From contig CAWCAG010000007.1 of the NCBI GenBank assembly GCA_963793425.1, positions 512,001 to 576,000 of the forward strand: a DNA stretch of 64,000 bases. The letters run 5' to 3'. Source of the DNA: an uncultured cyanobacterium. Its GTDB lineage: Bacteria; Cyanobacteriota; Cyanobacteriia; Cyanobacteriales; CAWCAG01. The notes under the pieces are model-generated. The model worked only from the letters and a program-made list of their open reading frames with translations, did not search any database and had not been told where the DNA came from. Numbering within the stretch: position 1 is the first letter of the stretch; the number at the start of each line of letters is the position of its first letter. This document shows, in pieces, positions 21,006 to 32,061 of this stretch. The position numbers and the translations under genes were made by a program.

Positions 21006-22102
21006 GTTCAACGACTATTTTAGTAGTTGAAGATGAAACAATTGTCGGTATGGGGATTAGAAAAGCTCTTAAGGATATGGGCTATGATGTCCCAGCAGTA
21101 ATTAGTTCTGGAGAAAAAGCTATTGCTAAGGCTCAAATAATTACTCCAGATTTAGTAATCATGGATATTAGCTTGAAAGGAAAATATGATGGTGTAGAAG
21201 CAGCGAAACAAATTCAAGATGCTTTTCATATTCCCATTGTATACTTAACCGCTCATAGCGATATCAAAACTTTGCAAAGAGTAAAACAAACTAAACCTTT
21301 TGGTTATGTAGTGAAACCTTTTGAAGAACGTGATTTACAAACTACTATTGAGATAGCATTGAGTCGGTATCAAGCGGAAAAAGAAGTACGTCAAGCTTTA
21401 GAAAAAGAAAGAGAAATCAATCAGTTGAAGCATCGCTTTCTTTCCATGACTTCCCATGATTTACGTACTCCTCTGTCTGTGGTTTCTTTAGCAGCAGAAT
21501 TGCTAGAGAGTTTTAGTTCTACTTGGGAAGAAGAAAAGAAGCTGAGATATATTCACAAAATTCAACAAGCTGTTCGGCAAATGGATAATTTGCTTGAAGA
21601 CATTTTAATTATTGGTAAAGCCGAAGTTGGTAGCTTAGGATTTAATCCTAATCATCTCAACTTAGTTGAGTTTTGCCAAGAGTTGGTAGATGAGTTACAG
21701 CTTATTTTCCAAACTAGATCACCGATTAACTTGGTATTTAAAAATTCTTGTCAGGAAGCTTATATGGATGCCAAATTACTGAGGCAGATTCTTACGAACT
21801 TATTGTCTAATGCAATTAAATATTCTCCTAATAATCAACCTATTAATTTTTATTTGAGTTGTGATCATAATTTTGCAGTTTTTTGTATTCAAGATCAAGG
21901 TATTGGTATACCTCCTCAAGACTTACAGGAACTTTTTAAAAGCTTTCGTAGAGCTAGTAATGTTGGGGAGATTCCTGGCACAGGATTAGGTTTGGCTATT
22001 GTCAAAAAGCTTACAGAAATTCATCGAGGTACAATTTCTGTAGAAAGTGAGTTACAAGAAGGTACTACTTTTACCGTTAGTTTGCCATTTGGGAAAGCCT
22101 GA
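21002..22102 (+). CDS. Hybrid response regulator-histidine kinase (REC-HisKA-HATPase)
   Basis: ILVVEDE, DLVIMD, KPF; SHDLRTPL; NLLSNAIKYS; GTGLGL; 4-bp overlap with the upstream kinase. Confidence 0.93.
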   Translation: MSSTTILVVEDETIVGMGIRKALKDMGYDVPAVISSGEKAIAKAQIITPDLVIMDISLKGKYDGVEAAKQIQDAFHIPIVYLTAHSDIKTLQRVKQTKPFGYVVKPFEERDLQTTIEIALSRYQAEKEVRQALEKEREINQLKHRFLSMTSHDLRTPLSVVSLAAELLESFSSTWEEEKKLRYIHKIQQAVRQMDNLLEDILIIGKAEVGSLGFNPNHLNLVEFCQELVDELQLIFQTRSPINLVFKNSCQEAYMDAKLLRQILTNLLSNAIKYSPNNQPINFYLSCDHNFAVFCIQDQGIGIPPQDLQELFKSFRRASNVGEIPGTGLGLAIVKKLTEIHRGTISVESELQEGTTFTVSLPFGKA

Positions 22103-22119
22103 TGTGATTATATTAGTTA

Positions 22120-23064
22120 TTAATAAGCTACATTCGGTCGGTTGGCAGTATCTAGAAATTTTAATTGTTGGTAGAGCATCTCAATCTTAGGTAAAATTAT
22201 TCCTTGATGAGCAGCACGTTTTAAAGGGTTGCCAACAATTGCCTCTATTTCTAAGGGACGATGGTTATCATAATCTAACTTCATACTAGTATGATAGGGT
22301 TTCATCTGTTTGGTATAATGCAACATAGTTTGAATATAATCATTAGTAATTTCTTTGCCTTCACTCTTTGCTCCGGCTGCAACTTCTGTCATGATTTTCT
22401 CTACTAAACAACGGCTACTTTCTTCAAGCATTATTTGTTTAGTTGTTGCATCTAAAACTACTGATAAGCCGTTATAGGGTATGTTCCAAACTAACTTTTG
22501 CCACCGGGATTTAAGCAAGTCTTGACTAAATTTTATTTCTATGGCTGCATTAGCAAAATCTTTGGCGACCTCCTCCATTTCTTTGGTAATACCAGCAGCT
22601 TTATAGTTAGGATTATATGCACCAATGGTTATGTAACCGTAGTCTAAATGGCGAATATGTCCTGGTGCAGTTTTATTGGAGCAAACGAAACAGAGTCCTC
22701 CTACAATGGCTTGGCTATTGGCGAATTCGGCTATTTTTTCTTCTACTCCTAAACCATTTTGTAATAATAAAATAGTACTATTTTCTTTTAATAAAGGGGG
22801 GAGTAGGTAAGGGAGAAGATGATTTTGGGTGGTTTTGAGGGCAACGATAATCACGTCACAGATGGGCATTTGCTGCACATCTTGATAAGCTTTTACTTGA
22901 GATAAAGTGAAGTTGCCATTGATAGATTCAATAACTAAACCCTGCTTTTTGACGTGATGATAATCTCTATTTAAAAGAAAGTGAACTTCCTTTCCTGCTC
23001 TTTGTAAACAAGCACCGTAATAACCGCCAATAGCACCTGTACCAAGGATTGCATAGCTGTTCAT
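22120..23064 (-). CDS. panE: 2-dehydropantoate 2-reductase (ketopantoate reductase)
   Basis: GTGAIGGYYG, LQNGLG, WQKLVWNIPYN, TSMKLD...LEIEAI. Confidence 0.9.
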   Translation of the reverse strand: MNSYAILGTGAIGGYYGACLQRAGKEVHFLLNRDYHHVKKQGLVIESINGNFTLSQVKAYQDVQQMPICDVIIVALKTTQNHLLPYLLPPLLKENSTILLLQNGLGVEEKIAEFANSQAIVGGLCFVCSNKTAPGHIRHLDYGYITIGAYNPNYKAAGITKEMEEVAKDFANAAIEIKFSQDLLKSRWQKLVWNIPYNGLSVVLDATTKQIMLEESSRCLVEKIMTEVAAGAKSEGKEITNDYIQTMLHYTKQMKPYHTSMKLDYDNHRPLEIEAIVGNPLKRAAHQGIILPKIEMLYQQLKFLDTANRPNVAY

Positions 23065-23067
23065 GGT

Positions 23068-24012
23068 TTAAGTCTTACTACTCAATTGAGCTTGGTAAAC
23101 TGCGATCGCTAATAATTTGCTTAAATAAACGAGATATTCTTGAGTATTTTTTTCCCAGGTGTGAAAAACAAGACATTTATGAATTAATAAAACTCCCCAC
23201 AATTTTCCGGCAACTAAAATGGGGACAAATAACAAAGACTTTACTGCGCTTTTTTCAAAGCTTGTAACTACTTCTTCTGGAAACCTTGCTTCTGATATCT
23301 TATCAATAGCAATGATTTCTCCTTGATGATAATTTTGGCCATAATATTCTTGTAAAATAGGATCTAGTAAAGATAACTCTGTTAAAGGGAGGCAATTAGG
23401 AGCAACGGCTTCTATAATTAATTTACCGTCTAGAGTTTGTATGGCTACCCTTTCGACTTGCAATAAAACCTGTAAATTAGTGACTGTATTGTTTAGTATT
23501 ACTTCAAGGTTCTCTACTGAACTTAACTCCTCAATAATACTTTTAAATAACTCTTGCCAGCCTTGGTGCTGACGTAACTGAGACTTTGCTTCTTGGGCTT
23601 CTTTGAAAGCTTGATAAGCCAAAAGGAGACGTTGTACCCTTTGAGAAAGTACAGCCCAGTGAATTGGCTTAGTAATATAATCAGTAGTGCCAGCTTCAAA
23701 AGCTTGATCCACAGAATCTTGATCATCAAGCACCGTAATCATCAAAATTGGTGTGCGATCGCCTCCCGGAAGTTCCCTAATTCTCTGACAACAGGTAAAA
23801 CCATCCATTCCTGGCATAACCGCATCAAGAAGTACCATATCTGGTTGACAGCGGCGATATTCCCTAATTCCCTGCTCTCCATCTTTGGCATCCATAACCC
23901 GGTAGCCTTCTTCTTCCATCGCCAAATTAAGAAGTGTCCTCATAGAACGATCATCATCAATCACTAAAATTAAAGGACTTTCTTGCTGAAAAACTGTGCT
24001 AGTTTCACCCAT
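23068..24012 (-). CDS. Response regulator with C-terminal GAF domain
   Basis: [20 protein letters not shown]-terminal [20 protein letters not shown] at 24012 overlaps the upstream kinase stop. Confidence 0.88.
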   Translation of the reverse strand: MGETSTVFQQESPLILVIDDDRSMRTLLNLAMEEEGYRVMDAKDGEQGIREYRRCQPDMVLLDAVMPGMDGFTCCQRIRELPGGDRTPILMITVLDDQDSVDQAFEAGTTDYITKPIHWAVLSQRVQRLLLAYQAFKEAQEAKSQLRQHQGWQELFKSIIEELSSVENLEVILNNTVTNLQVLLQVERVAIQTLDGKLIIEAVAPNCLPLTELSLLDPILQEYYGQNYHQGEIIAIDKISEARFPEEVVTSFEKSAVKSLLFVPILVAGKLWGVLLIHKCLVFHTWEKNTQEYLVYLSKLLAIAVYQAQLSSKT

Positions 24013-27000
24013 TCTGACATTCCGATTGCAAAGCTTTTTTAACTTTCTCATACTCCGCCTCAATCTGCATAAGCTGTTGAGAAGAAATCTGGGTATTTCC
24101 TTGCCGAGCTAAATCTTCTAGCTCTTGGCAGTATTGAGAGAGGACAACTGCCCCTAAATTAGCACTACTTGAGCGCAAACTATGGCTGGCATGACGAAGA
24201 GTTTGGGCATCTCCTGCGGCGATCGCGCTATGTATTTTAGCAATGTTTTGGGGAGCATCTTCAAAATACTGTTCAATAATTGTCGTTAAAATGCCTTTGG
24301 CTCTAGCTCTACCTAGCTTTTTTAAAGCATCTAAAACCTGATAGTCTATCACTTGAAAAGAAGTAAGTGCTGAATTATTTTTTTTTAAATCTAGTTGCTT
24401 TTCTCTAGCAATTACGCTAGCTTGTTGTAAAATGGGCAGCAATTCTGACTCACGAATCGGCTTGCTAACATAACCATCCATTCCTGCTTGCAAGCATTTT
24501 TCTTTGTCTCCTTGCATTGCGTAAGCAGTAACTGCGACGATTCGGGGGCGCTCATGGGAACTCCAGCCTTGACAGATTAAACGGGCAGCAGTGAAGCCAT
24601 CCATTTGGGGCATTTCCACATCCATTAAAATAAGGTCATAATTACGTCGTTGGAGAGCTTTTAAAACTTCCTGACCATTACTAACAACATCTGCTTGATA
24701 GCCTAATTTTTCTAAAATTAAAAGAGCTACTTGCTGGTTAACTCGATTATCTTCAGCTAAAAGTATTTTCAAAGGTAAGGCTGGAGAATTGATTTCTGGT
24801 TCAGAACTTTTTCCTAGGCGATAAACTTTTCTAAAAGCTGCTTCCGATTCCCTGCTAGTAATTTCTAGAGTTGCAGGTTGAACAAAAATAGCTAAAATAG
24901 CTTCATAAAGGCGGGACTTTTTCACAGGGTTTTGTAACCAAGCTGCAAAATTAACTTCTTTATGAGGATCTACATCTTTAGCTACCAAACCTAAAGCTGT
25001 AATCATAATAATTGGCGTTTCTGAATAAGCTGGGAGATGGCGAACAGCTTTGGCAAGATTAAAACCATCCATTTTAGGCATTCGCAAGTCAAAAATTAAC
25101 AAATCAAAGCCTTCATCTTCCTTCAGCAAATCTAAGGCGGCTTCACCAGAAGCCGCAGTTGTTGCCACCAAACCCCAAGCTTGGGTAAGGTGGGTTAAAA
25201 ATTGGCGATTGATAGCATTATCATCCACAATAAGCAGACGTTTCCCGACTAAATTCGTCTCGCAACCATGGCGATTACTTGCTAAGGAAGGAGGCGCTAA
25301 GGGAAATGAAGTTGTAAAATAAAAAGTTGAGCCAACCCCAAGTTCACTCTCAACCCACATACGACCCCCCATCATTTCCGTCAAACGCTTGCTGATAGCT
25401 AAACCCAGCCCTGTACCGCCATATTCACGGGTAGTAGAGGTGTCAACTTGACTAAAAGATTTAAAGAGGCGTTGCTGTTGTTCACCAGAAATGCCAATAC
25501 CTGTATCTTTAACCCTAAATTGAATGGTATACAAATTATCCTGACTTTTTTCAAGTAAGGAAACAACCACCACAATCTCTCCTCTGGCAGTAAATTTGAG
25601 AGCATTACTAAAGAGATTAACCAAGATTTGACGTAATCGAGTCACATCTCCCACCAACAAGGGAGGAATCTCTGGCTCGACAGTATAAACTAACTCTAGC
25701 CCTTTTTCTGTGGCTTCCGGAGCAATTAAATCTAAAGCATTTTCTAAACAAACTTGCAACTCAAAAGGTTGCTCTTCTAATTCTAGTTTTCCTGACTCAA
25801 TTTTAGAAAAATCGAGGATGTCATTAATGATTACCAGTAAGGCTTCACCGCTGTTACGAATAATTTCCACATAACCCTTTTGTTGGGGAGATAAAGAGGT
25901 ATCGAAAAGAATTCCTGTCATGCCAATGGTAGCATTCATAGGAGTACGTATTTCATGGCTCATAGTGGCGAGAAATTCGCTTTTAGCCCGGTTTGCCGCT
26001 TCAGCCGCTTTTTTGTGCTTTGTTTCTTGTTCGAGGAGTCTCGCTTGGGCTAGGGCAATACCTACCTGGCTAGCAACAGCTTCTAAAAGTTCAATTTCTT
26101 CAGTACTCCAGTGACGAAAGCGATCACATTGATGTAAGGCGAGGACACCATTATGTTTGCCTTGATAGGAAGTACGGACAGCTAAAATTGATTTTAATTC
26201 TACTTGGCGACAGATTTGAGCAGCGGATTTGAGTAGGGGGCTTTGGTAAACATCATCAGCAGCAACAGCTTGATCGCAACTAAAGACTTGTTGAGCATAG
26301 GCATCATCTGCCACAGGAATTTCTATATCTAGAATCGAGCAGTACTCTCCATTTAAAGACTCAGCTAAGCAGTGAAGTTTCGGAGTTGGTTGTTGTTGAT
26401 AAGTGTAAACAACGCAACGGCTAACTTCAAACGCTTTGCTAACCTCTGTGACTGTAGTTTGGAGAATTTGTTGGGTATCTAAACTACGGCGAATCTCTTC
26501 GGTGATTTGTTTTAATAGTAAGGTTTGTTGATACTGCTTTTGCAATAATTTTTGACCCTGCTTACGTTGGCTTATATCCCAATAGAGCCATAGATGTCCA
26601 TAGTAACTTCCTTCAATAAAAATTGGTACATAGTTACGCTCAATAGTTCTGCCATCAACTAAACTCAATTCTTCGTTGATGACAATTTGTTGTTGATTAA
26701 TAATAGTTTCAATTCTAGCCAGATATTCTTGGGGATTAATTAAGACTTGTTGCGTATTCTGAGCAATCTTTAGACAATCTAAACTAATCAATTCTTCTGG
26801 AGAAACTGTGAGTTGAAAAAGATGGCAAAATTCCTGGTTAGCTAAGACAACTTTTCCTAATTCATTGGTTAATAAAACCCCGGCTTGAAGATTTTTGATT
26901 AAGGCAGTTAATCGTGAAGTTGTGGTACGAATTGCTTGCTGGGATTGTTTGTGCAAGCTAATATCTTCAATGATAGAAATAAAATAGTCTGGCTGACCAG

Positions 27001-27802
27001 ATGTTTTATAAACTAAAGAGACTGTTACCTTAACCCAAATTAGAGAACCATCTTTAGTTTGATATCTTTTCTCCCGGCAATAAGTAGATATTTTCCCTGC
27101 TAACAACTGCCCGACATATTCTCTGTCTAACTCTAAATCTTCAGGGTAAGTAATATCGATGAAAGTCCTTTGCTTAAGTTCTTCTTTAGAGTAATTGACA
27201 ATTTGGCAAAGTTTGGGATTAACTCGAAGAAACTTACCCTCTAAACTAATGCGAGCAATACCGATGGCAGCGTGGTTGAATATAACGCTAAAGTAATCTT
27301 TTTCTTGTTGTAGTTGTTGGTTAACCAGGCTTAATTGTTTAGTATGATCTGCTTCTCGACGTTGTAAAATACTTTCTGCTTGTTGGTAAGTTGTGACATC
27401 GCGGATCACAAAAATCGCTCTAGCTGTTTTCTCCTCTGGTTTAGTAGAACTTTCAATATGTAAGTATGACCAAGATATTTCTAAATTAATGATTTTGCCG
27501 TAGCGCTCATATTCGTAACACTCTTTGCCTTTAGTTTGCTTTTTTAATACTTGATTAAGAGGATGTAATTCAGGTTTGATTAGTTCGTTTTGCTTAGTTA
27601 AAGGTAATAGTTTAGTTAACAAAACCCCTATAATAAGTATGTGGGGTTGGCCAATCAAGTGAGCAAAAGCAGCGTTGCACCACTGAATATGACCAAGGGT
27701 GTCAGTCCAGGTAATAGCATCCTCCACTTCTGTCAAAGCGGCTTCCATAGTGCCTAGAGTTGCTCTTAACTGACTAATTTGGTTTGTCAGTTCTGCTGTC
27801 AT
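24005..27802 (-). CDS. Hybrid sensor kinase: PAS x3-GAF-HisKA-HATPase-REC-REC-Hpt
   Basis: [34 protein letters not shown], two REC domains, Hpt [12 protein letters not shown]. Confidence 0.95.
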   Translation of the reverse strand: MTAELTNQISQLRATLGTMEAALTEVEDAITWTDTLGHIQWCNAAFAHLIGQPHILIIGVLLTKLLPLTKQNELIKPELHPLNQVLKKQTKGKECYEYERYGKIINLEISWSYLHIESSTKPEEKTARAIFVIRDVTTYQQAESILQRREADHTKQLSLVNQQLQQEKDYFSVIFNHAAIGIARISLEGKFLRVNPKLCQIVNYSKEELKQRTFIDITYPEDLELDREYVGQLLAGKISTYCREKRYQTKDGSLIWVKVTVSLVYKTSGQPDYFISIIEDISLHKQSQQAIRTTTSRLTALIKNLQAGVLLTNELGKVVLANQEFCHLFQLTVSPEELISLDCLKIAQNTQQVLINPQEYLARIETIINQQQIVINEELSLVDGRTIERNYVPIFIEGSYYGHLWLYWDISQRKQGQKLLQKQYQQTLLLKQITEEIRRSLDTQQILQTTVTEVSKAFEVSRCVVYTYQQQPTPKLHCLAESLNGEYCSILDIEIPVADDAYAQQVFSCDQAVAADDVYQSPLLKSAAQICRQVELKSILAVRTSYQGKHNGVLALHQCDRFRHWSTEEIELLEAVASQVGIALAQARLLEQETKHKKAAEAANRAKSEFLATMSHEIRTPMNATIGMTGILFDTSLSPQQKGYVEIIRNSGEALLVIINDILDFSKIESGKLELEEQPFELQVCLENALDLIAPEATEKGLELVYTVEPEIPPLLVGDVTRLRQILVNLFSNALKFTARGEIVVVVSLLEKSQDNLYTIQFRVKDTGIGISGEQQQRLFKSFSQVDTSTTREYGGTGLGLAISKRLTEMMGGRMWVESELGVGSTFYFTTSFPLAPPSLASNRHGCETNLVGKRLLIVDDNAINRQFLTHLTQAWGLVATTAASGEAALDLLKEDEGFDLLIFDLRMPKMDGFNLAKAVRHLPAYSETPIIMITALGLVAKDVDPHKEVNFAAWLQNPVKKSRLYEAILAIFVQPATLEITSRESEAAFRKVYRLGKSSEPEINSPALPLKILLAEDNRVNQQVALLILEKLGYQADVVSNGQEVLKALQRRNYDLILMDVEMPQMDGFTAARLICQGWSSHERPRIVAVTAYAMQGDKEKCLQAGMDGYVSKPIRESELLPILQQASVIAREKQLDLKKNNSALTSFQVIDYQVLDALKKLGRARAKGILTTIIEQYFEDAPQNIAKIHSAIAAGDAQTLRHASHSLRSSSANLGAVVLSQYCQELEDLARQGNTQISSQQLMQIEAEYEKVKKALQSECQNG

Positions 27803-28100
27803 GGTTTTTTGATATTCTCCAAGGGATAAGCTGAACTAGACGGTCGTTAGAGTGTCATGGGAAACAAAAATTAATGAAATTATGGCCGAGCTTTCTAGGT
27901 TATGATGAGCTGTTAATAAAAATAAAATGATACTCTGGCAAGGTTCTTCCATTTTAACTTTAAATAATTATCAATTTGCGTATTTACAATTAATCCTTAA
28001 GTTGTATCTTATGGTATTGAATATCTAGACTTTGGAATAGAGACAATAGCTAGGTTAATAGCTGAAAATGATTGAATAGCTATTGGGAAGTTATATTAAG

Positions 28101-28331
28101 ATGAGGGACGAAGAAAATATCGCAACGAGTCAGGCGGAGTTTTTAACCAATTTTCATCACGAACTTCGTACCCCTTTGACCAAAATACTATCTTCTGCTG
28201 AGTTGCTTAAAGATTATGGGGAAACTTGGTCGGAAGAAAAACGCCTAAAATATCTTCAGTATATTCAAGATGGTGCTTTAGATATCAGCAATAAGTTAGA
28301 TGGTGATCAACTCATCGCCGAAGGAAGTTAG
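28101..28331 (+). CDS. Stand-alone HisKA (DHp) mini-protein, 76 aa
   Basis: FLTNFHHELRTPLTKILSSAELL...WSEEKRLKYL; no ATPase domain follows. Confidence 0.7.
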   Translation: MRDEENIATSQAEFLTNFHHELRTPLTKILSSAELLKDYGETWSEEKRLKYLQYIQDGALDISNKLDGDQLIAEGS

Positions 28332-28472
28332 CCAAAGAAATTCCTCCAGTGCAACCCCTATTAGTTTAACTGAAGCGATCGCCGTATCTACGATTAACCT
28401 AAATGGGGAATATTATGGATATAAGAAGGAAGAAACTTCTTAGCTCTGTTAGAGAGGAATCCAGATAGATTA

Positions 28473-30770
28473 ATGGCTAAGCGATCGCTTAAAGCATCCC
28501 CAGAAGGTATTATTAGAGCCAAGAAAGCTTTTCAAAGAAAGGGCTGGACTCAGGAGTATCTAGCCGCCGAGGTTGGTTTATCTACTCGTCAGTCCATTTG
28601 GAAGTTTTTTACCGGAAGACCAATTGAGAGGCATCTTTTTGTGGATATTTGCTTTCAATTGGATCTTGAATGGCAATCTATCGCTGATTTACCTCCAGAT
28701 GTAGAGCCTTTACCTGCCGCCACGGGGTTAGATAATCATGCCGGAGTAGAAAATTGGGTGGTGACTTTGCGCTCCCAAACTAAGGAGCAAATTCAAGCTC
28801 AATGCGGTATTTTGCAGTCATCTTTTGATATGACTCAACCTTTATTACTAGATTCTATTTATACTAATGTTAACATTTTGCCCCATCTTACTAATCAAAG
28901 ATGGTTAGAAGTTTCAGATTTGCAAGATTCTCGCCCAGAGGTGGAACGCCCTCGGTTAACCTCAATAAATCAGCAGGTAGTTGCAGGTATTCAAGCCGCT
29001 ACCGATAGTGCTAAGTTAATGATTTTGGGTAAACCTGGGGCTGGCAAAACTACCTTTTTACAGTATTTAGCGATTCAATGCAGCAAAGGTGAATATAAGG
29101 GTGATTGCATACCGATTTTTATCCAGCTACGCAATTTTGTAGCTCAAACTAAAGAAGAAGAAGATTTTAGTCTTACAAATTATATTGCTCGAAGTTGGAG
29201 TAGTTATCAAGTTACTCAAGAACAAGTAGAAATTCTTTTGCAAAAAGGTAAGCTTTTAGTACTTTTAGATGGATTAGATGAAGTTCCCAAAGAATATAGT
29301 CAACAAGTTTTAAAAGAAATAGACCTTTTCGCTAATAACTACTATCAAAATCAAGTTATTATCACTTGCCGTATTGCTGCCCAACAATATTATTTTCGAG
29401 GATTTAATTATGTAGAAATTGCTGACTTTGATTCTAGCCAAATTAGAACTTTTGCCCAGAAATGGTTTGTTGCCAATTCTGGTGGTTCTGAAGAAGCAGG
29501 AATTCTTTTAACCAAGAAGTTTTTTGAACAGTTAGAATGCCGAGAAAATCAACCAATCAGAGAATTAGTTGCTACGCCTATTTTATTGAGCTTAATCTGC
29601 TCTGTATTCCAAGAAAGAGCTACTTTTCCGACTAAACGTTCTAAACTTTATCAAGCAGGTTTAGATATTCTGTTGGTACGTTGGGACCAAGCAAGGGGAA
29701 TTCAAAGGGATCAAGCTTACCGTAACTTATCTTTAGCGGATAAAATCAAGCTTCTTAGTCAGATTGCGGCTATAAATTTTGAGCGAGGTAGTTTCTTTTT
29801 TGAAAAGAGTGAAATACTCGATATTATTAGCAATCATTTAGCTAAATTACCTAATCATAAGCCAGATCCAGAAACTTTATGGTTAGATAGCGAGGCAATC
29901 CTCACAGCCATTGAATTACAACATGGTTTATTGGTAGAAAGAGCTAGAGACATTTATTCTTTTTCTCATTTAACTTTTCAAGAATATCTTACTGCCAGAA
30001 AAATAGTTGCTAGTACTGATAAAGAAGTATTAGAAGAGTCTTTAAATATGCTTGCTAGCCATGCTACTAATCCACAATGGCAAGAAGTTATTTTATTGAC
30101 TTCGAGTATGTTACCGAATGCAGATTTTCTTTTGCAACTAATTAAAAAAGAGATTGATAAAATTTTCAAGGGTAAAGAAGAGCTGAGAAAATTTCTTAGC
30201 TGCCTCAATCAAAAAGTTAATAGCTTAGATGTCTCTTACCATTTAGGGGCAGTAAGAGCTTTTTATTTTACTCTTTTTCAAGATAGAGACTTGAATTTAG
30301 CTTTATCTTTAGACCCCAGTTTAGCTTCTGATTTGTCTCCAGATTTAGCTTTAGATTTAGCTTTAGCTCGCGCTTTTCGTATCAGCTTAATTTTAATCAA
30401 AAGCCCAGACCTGAAAAATATCATCAATTTAGGCTTTGCTTTAGATTTAGAGCGCAATTTCAACTTAGAGAAACCATTGCAGCAAGCCCTAGAAAAACTC
30501 AAACAAGAACTACCAGATTTAGAAATAGGTAAAGAGAAACTTCAATCTTGGTGGCATAGTTATGGTGCAGAATGGGTGAGCAAATTTAGAGCTTTACTAA
30601 TTGAATACAGACAAATTGGTTATGAATGGCAGTTTACTCTTCAACAAGAACAATTACTGCGAAAATACTATGATAGTAACAAATTTATGATTAAGTGCCT
30701 GCAAAGCGATTGTCAAGTTAGTGGTGATCTGCGCCAAAAGATAGAAGATACAACTTTAAATCTCCCCTAA
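28473..30770 (+). CDS. HTH-NACHT protein with C-terminal helical (NCH2-like) domain
   Basis: N-terminal Cro/C1-like GWTQEYLAAEVGL; GKPGAGKT; LLDGLDE; ITCR; TPILL; FSHLTFQEY; WW...W...R...IG..WQF. Confidence 0.9.
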   Translation: MAKRSLKASPEGIIRAKKAFQRKGWTQEYLAAEVGLSTRQSIWKFFTGRPIERHLFVDICFQLDLEWQSIADLPPDVEPLPAATGLDNHAGVENWVVTLRSQTKEQIQAQCGILQSSFDMTQPLLLDSIYTNVNILPHLTNQRWLEVSDLQDSRPEVERPRLTSINQQVVAGIQAATDSAKLMILGKPGAGKTTFLQYLAIQCSKGEYKGDCIPIFIQLRNFVAQTKEEEDFSLTNYIARSWSSYQVTQEQVEILLQKGKLLVLLDGLDEVPKEYSQQVLKEIDLFANNYYQNQVIITCRIAAQQYYFRGFNYVEIADFDSSQIRTFAQKWFVANSGGSEEAGILLTKKFFEQLECRENQPIRELVATPILLSLICSVFQERATFPTKRSKLYQAGLDILLVRWDQARGIQRDQAYRNLSLADKIKLLSQIAAINFERGSFFFEKSEILDIISNHLAKLPNHKPDPETLWLDSEAILTAIELQHGLLVERARDIYSFSHLTFQEYLTARKIVASTDKEVLEESLNMLASHATNPQWQEVILLTSSMLPNADFLLQLIKKEIDKIFKGKEELRKFLSCLNQKVNSLDVSYHLGAVRAFYFTLFQDRDLNLALSLDPSLASDLSPDLALDLALARAFRISLILIKSPDLKNIINLGFALDLERNFNLEKPLQQALEKLKQELPDLEIGKEKLQSWWHSYGAEWVSKFRALLIEYRQIGYEWQFTLQQEQLLRKYYDSNKFMIKCLQSDCQVSGDLRQKIEDTTLNLP

Positions 30771-31060
30771 AAGAGTTTATAAAACAACAATTCCAGCTTG
30801 TAAAATTAACTAGTTGAAGTTAAGGAGCTAAAAATAGCTTAGACGAAAGTATTTATCAGTATATTCTTCATGAATTCAGGAACATTCCTGAATTTATAAC
30901 CAGAGGAACATCTTTTTCCCATCAACTATTGATTAGTTAGAAATAATTTATCCTTAGTAAACTTAAAGAAATTATCTCAAAAAGATTCTTTTCCTGAGAA
31001 TCCTTCTTTTGAGCGAAATAGTTTGAATTAAGCACAGCTAAACAGGAGTTATAATTATTA

Positions 31061-31960
31061 ATGGTAAACATTAACAGAGTTGCTGTTGTTGGGGGAACTC
31101 ACGGCAATGAATTTACTGGAGTATACTTAGTGAAAAAGTTTACTCATTTCCCTGAACTAATTCACAGAAAAAGTTTCCAAACCGAAGCAATATTGGCTAA
31201 TCCTGGAGCTTTTCAAGCAGCAAGAAGGTATCTTGATAAAGACCTCAATCGCTGCTTTATTACACGAGATTTGCATAATCCTACTCTCCGTACCTACGAA
31301 GAAAAAAGGGCTAAAACCATTTATCAAACTATTGGTTTTCAAGGAAGTTCTCAAGCAGATTTCATCTTAGATTTACACAGTAGTAGCGCCAATATGGGAT
31401 TGACAATTATCCTAGTCAATGACCATCCTTTCAATCTGAGGTTAGCTGCTTATTTAAGTCTCATCGAACCAACAGTCAAAATCTATTATTGGACAGAAAA
31501 AAAACAAGAAAATCCTTTCCTCAATTCTCTATGTGAACTAGGTTTTACTCTGGAATTAGGGCCGATTGCACCTAAAACCCTTAAAGCTACTATTTTTCAA
31601 AAAACAGAAAATCTCGTTTATCGTATTTTAGACTACCTGGATAAATATAACCAAGGTTTATTACCAACACCAGAGCAAGAGTTAACTATTTACCAGCATT
31701 TTAAAACTATTGATTATCCCAAAAATGAAGCAGGAGGAATTCGAGCAATGATTCATCCTCAACTGGAAAATAGAGATTATCAAAAGCTTCAACCAGGAGA
31801 TCCTTTATTCCTAACTTTTGAGGGAGAAACAATCTTTTATCAAGATGAAGAGTCTGTTTGGCCACTTTTTATTAATGAGGTTGCTTACTATGAGAAAGAA
31901 ATTGCCATGTGTCTTGCCAAAGAAACTAAAATCAAGATTCCTGAATACTCCAATTTTTGA
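31061..31960 (+). CDS. Aspartoacylase
   Basis: GGTHGNE, RRYLDKDLNRCF, DLHS, FINEVAYYEK. Confidence 0.92.
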   Translation: MVNINRVAVVGGTHGNEFTGVYLVKKFTHFPELIHRKSFQTEAILANPGAFQAARRYLDKDLNRCFITRDLHNPTLRTYEEKRAKTIYQTIGFQGSSQADFILDLHSSSANMGLTIILVNDHPFNLRLAAYLSLIEPTVKIYYWTEKKQENPFLNSLCELGFTLELGPIAPKTLKATIFQKTENLVYRILDYLDKYNQGLLPTPEQELTIYQHFKTIDYPKNEAGGIRAMIHPQLENRDYQKLQPGDPLFLTFEGETIFYQDEESVWPLFINEVAYYEKEIAMCLAKETKIKIPEYSNF

Positions 31961-32061
31961 GGAGTCTAACCTCTCTTTAAAAAAAAGACTAAACAGAAAC
32001 ACTAGTTTGCTCAAAAATTAACTTTCAGAAATTCTTTACATCCAGGTCATTACAACTAGAT

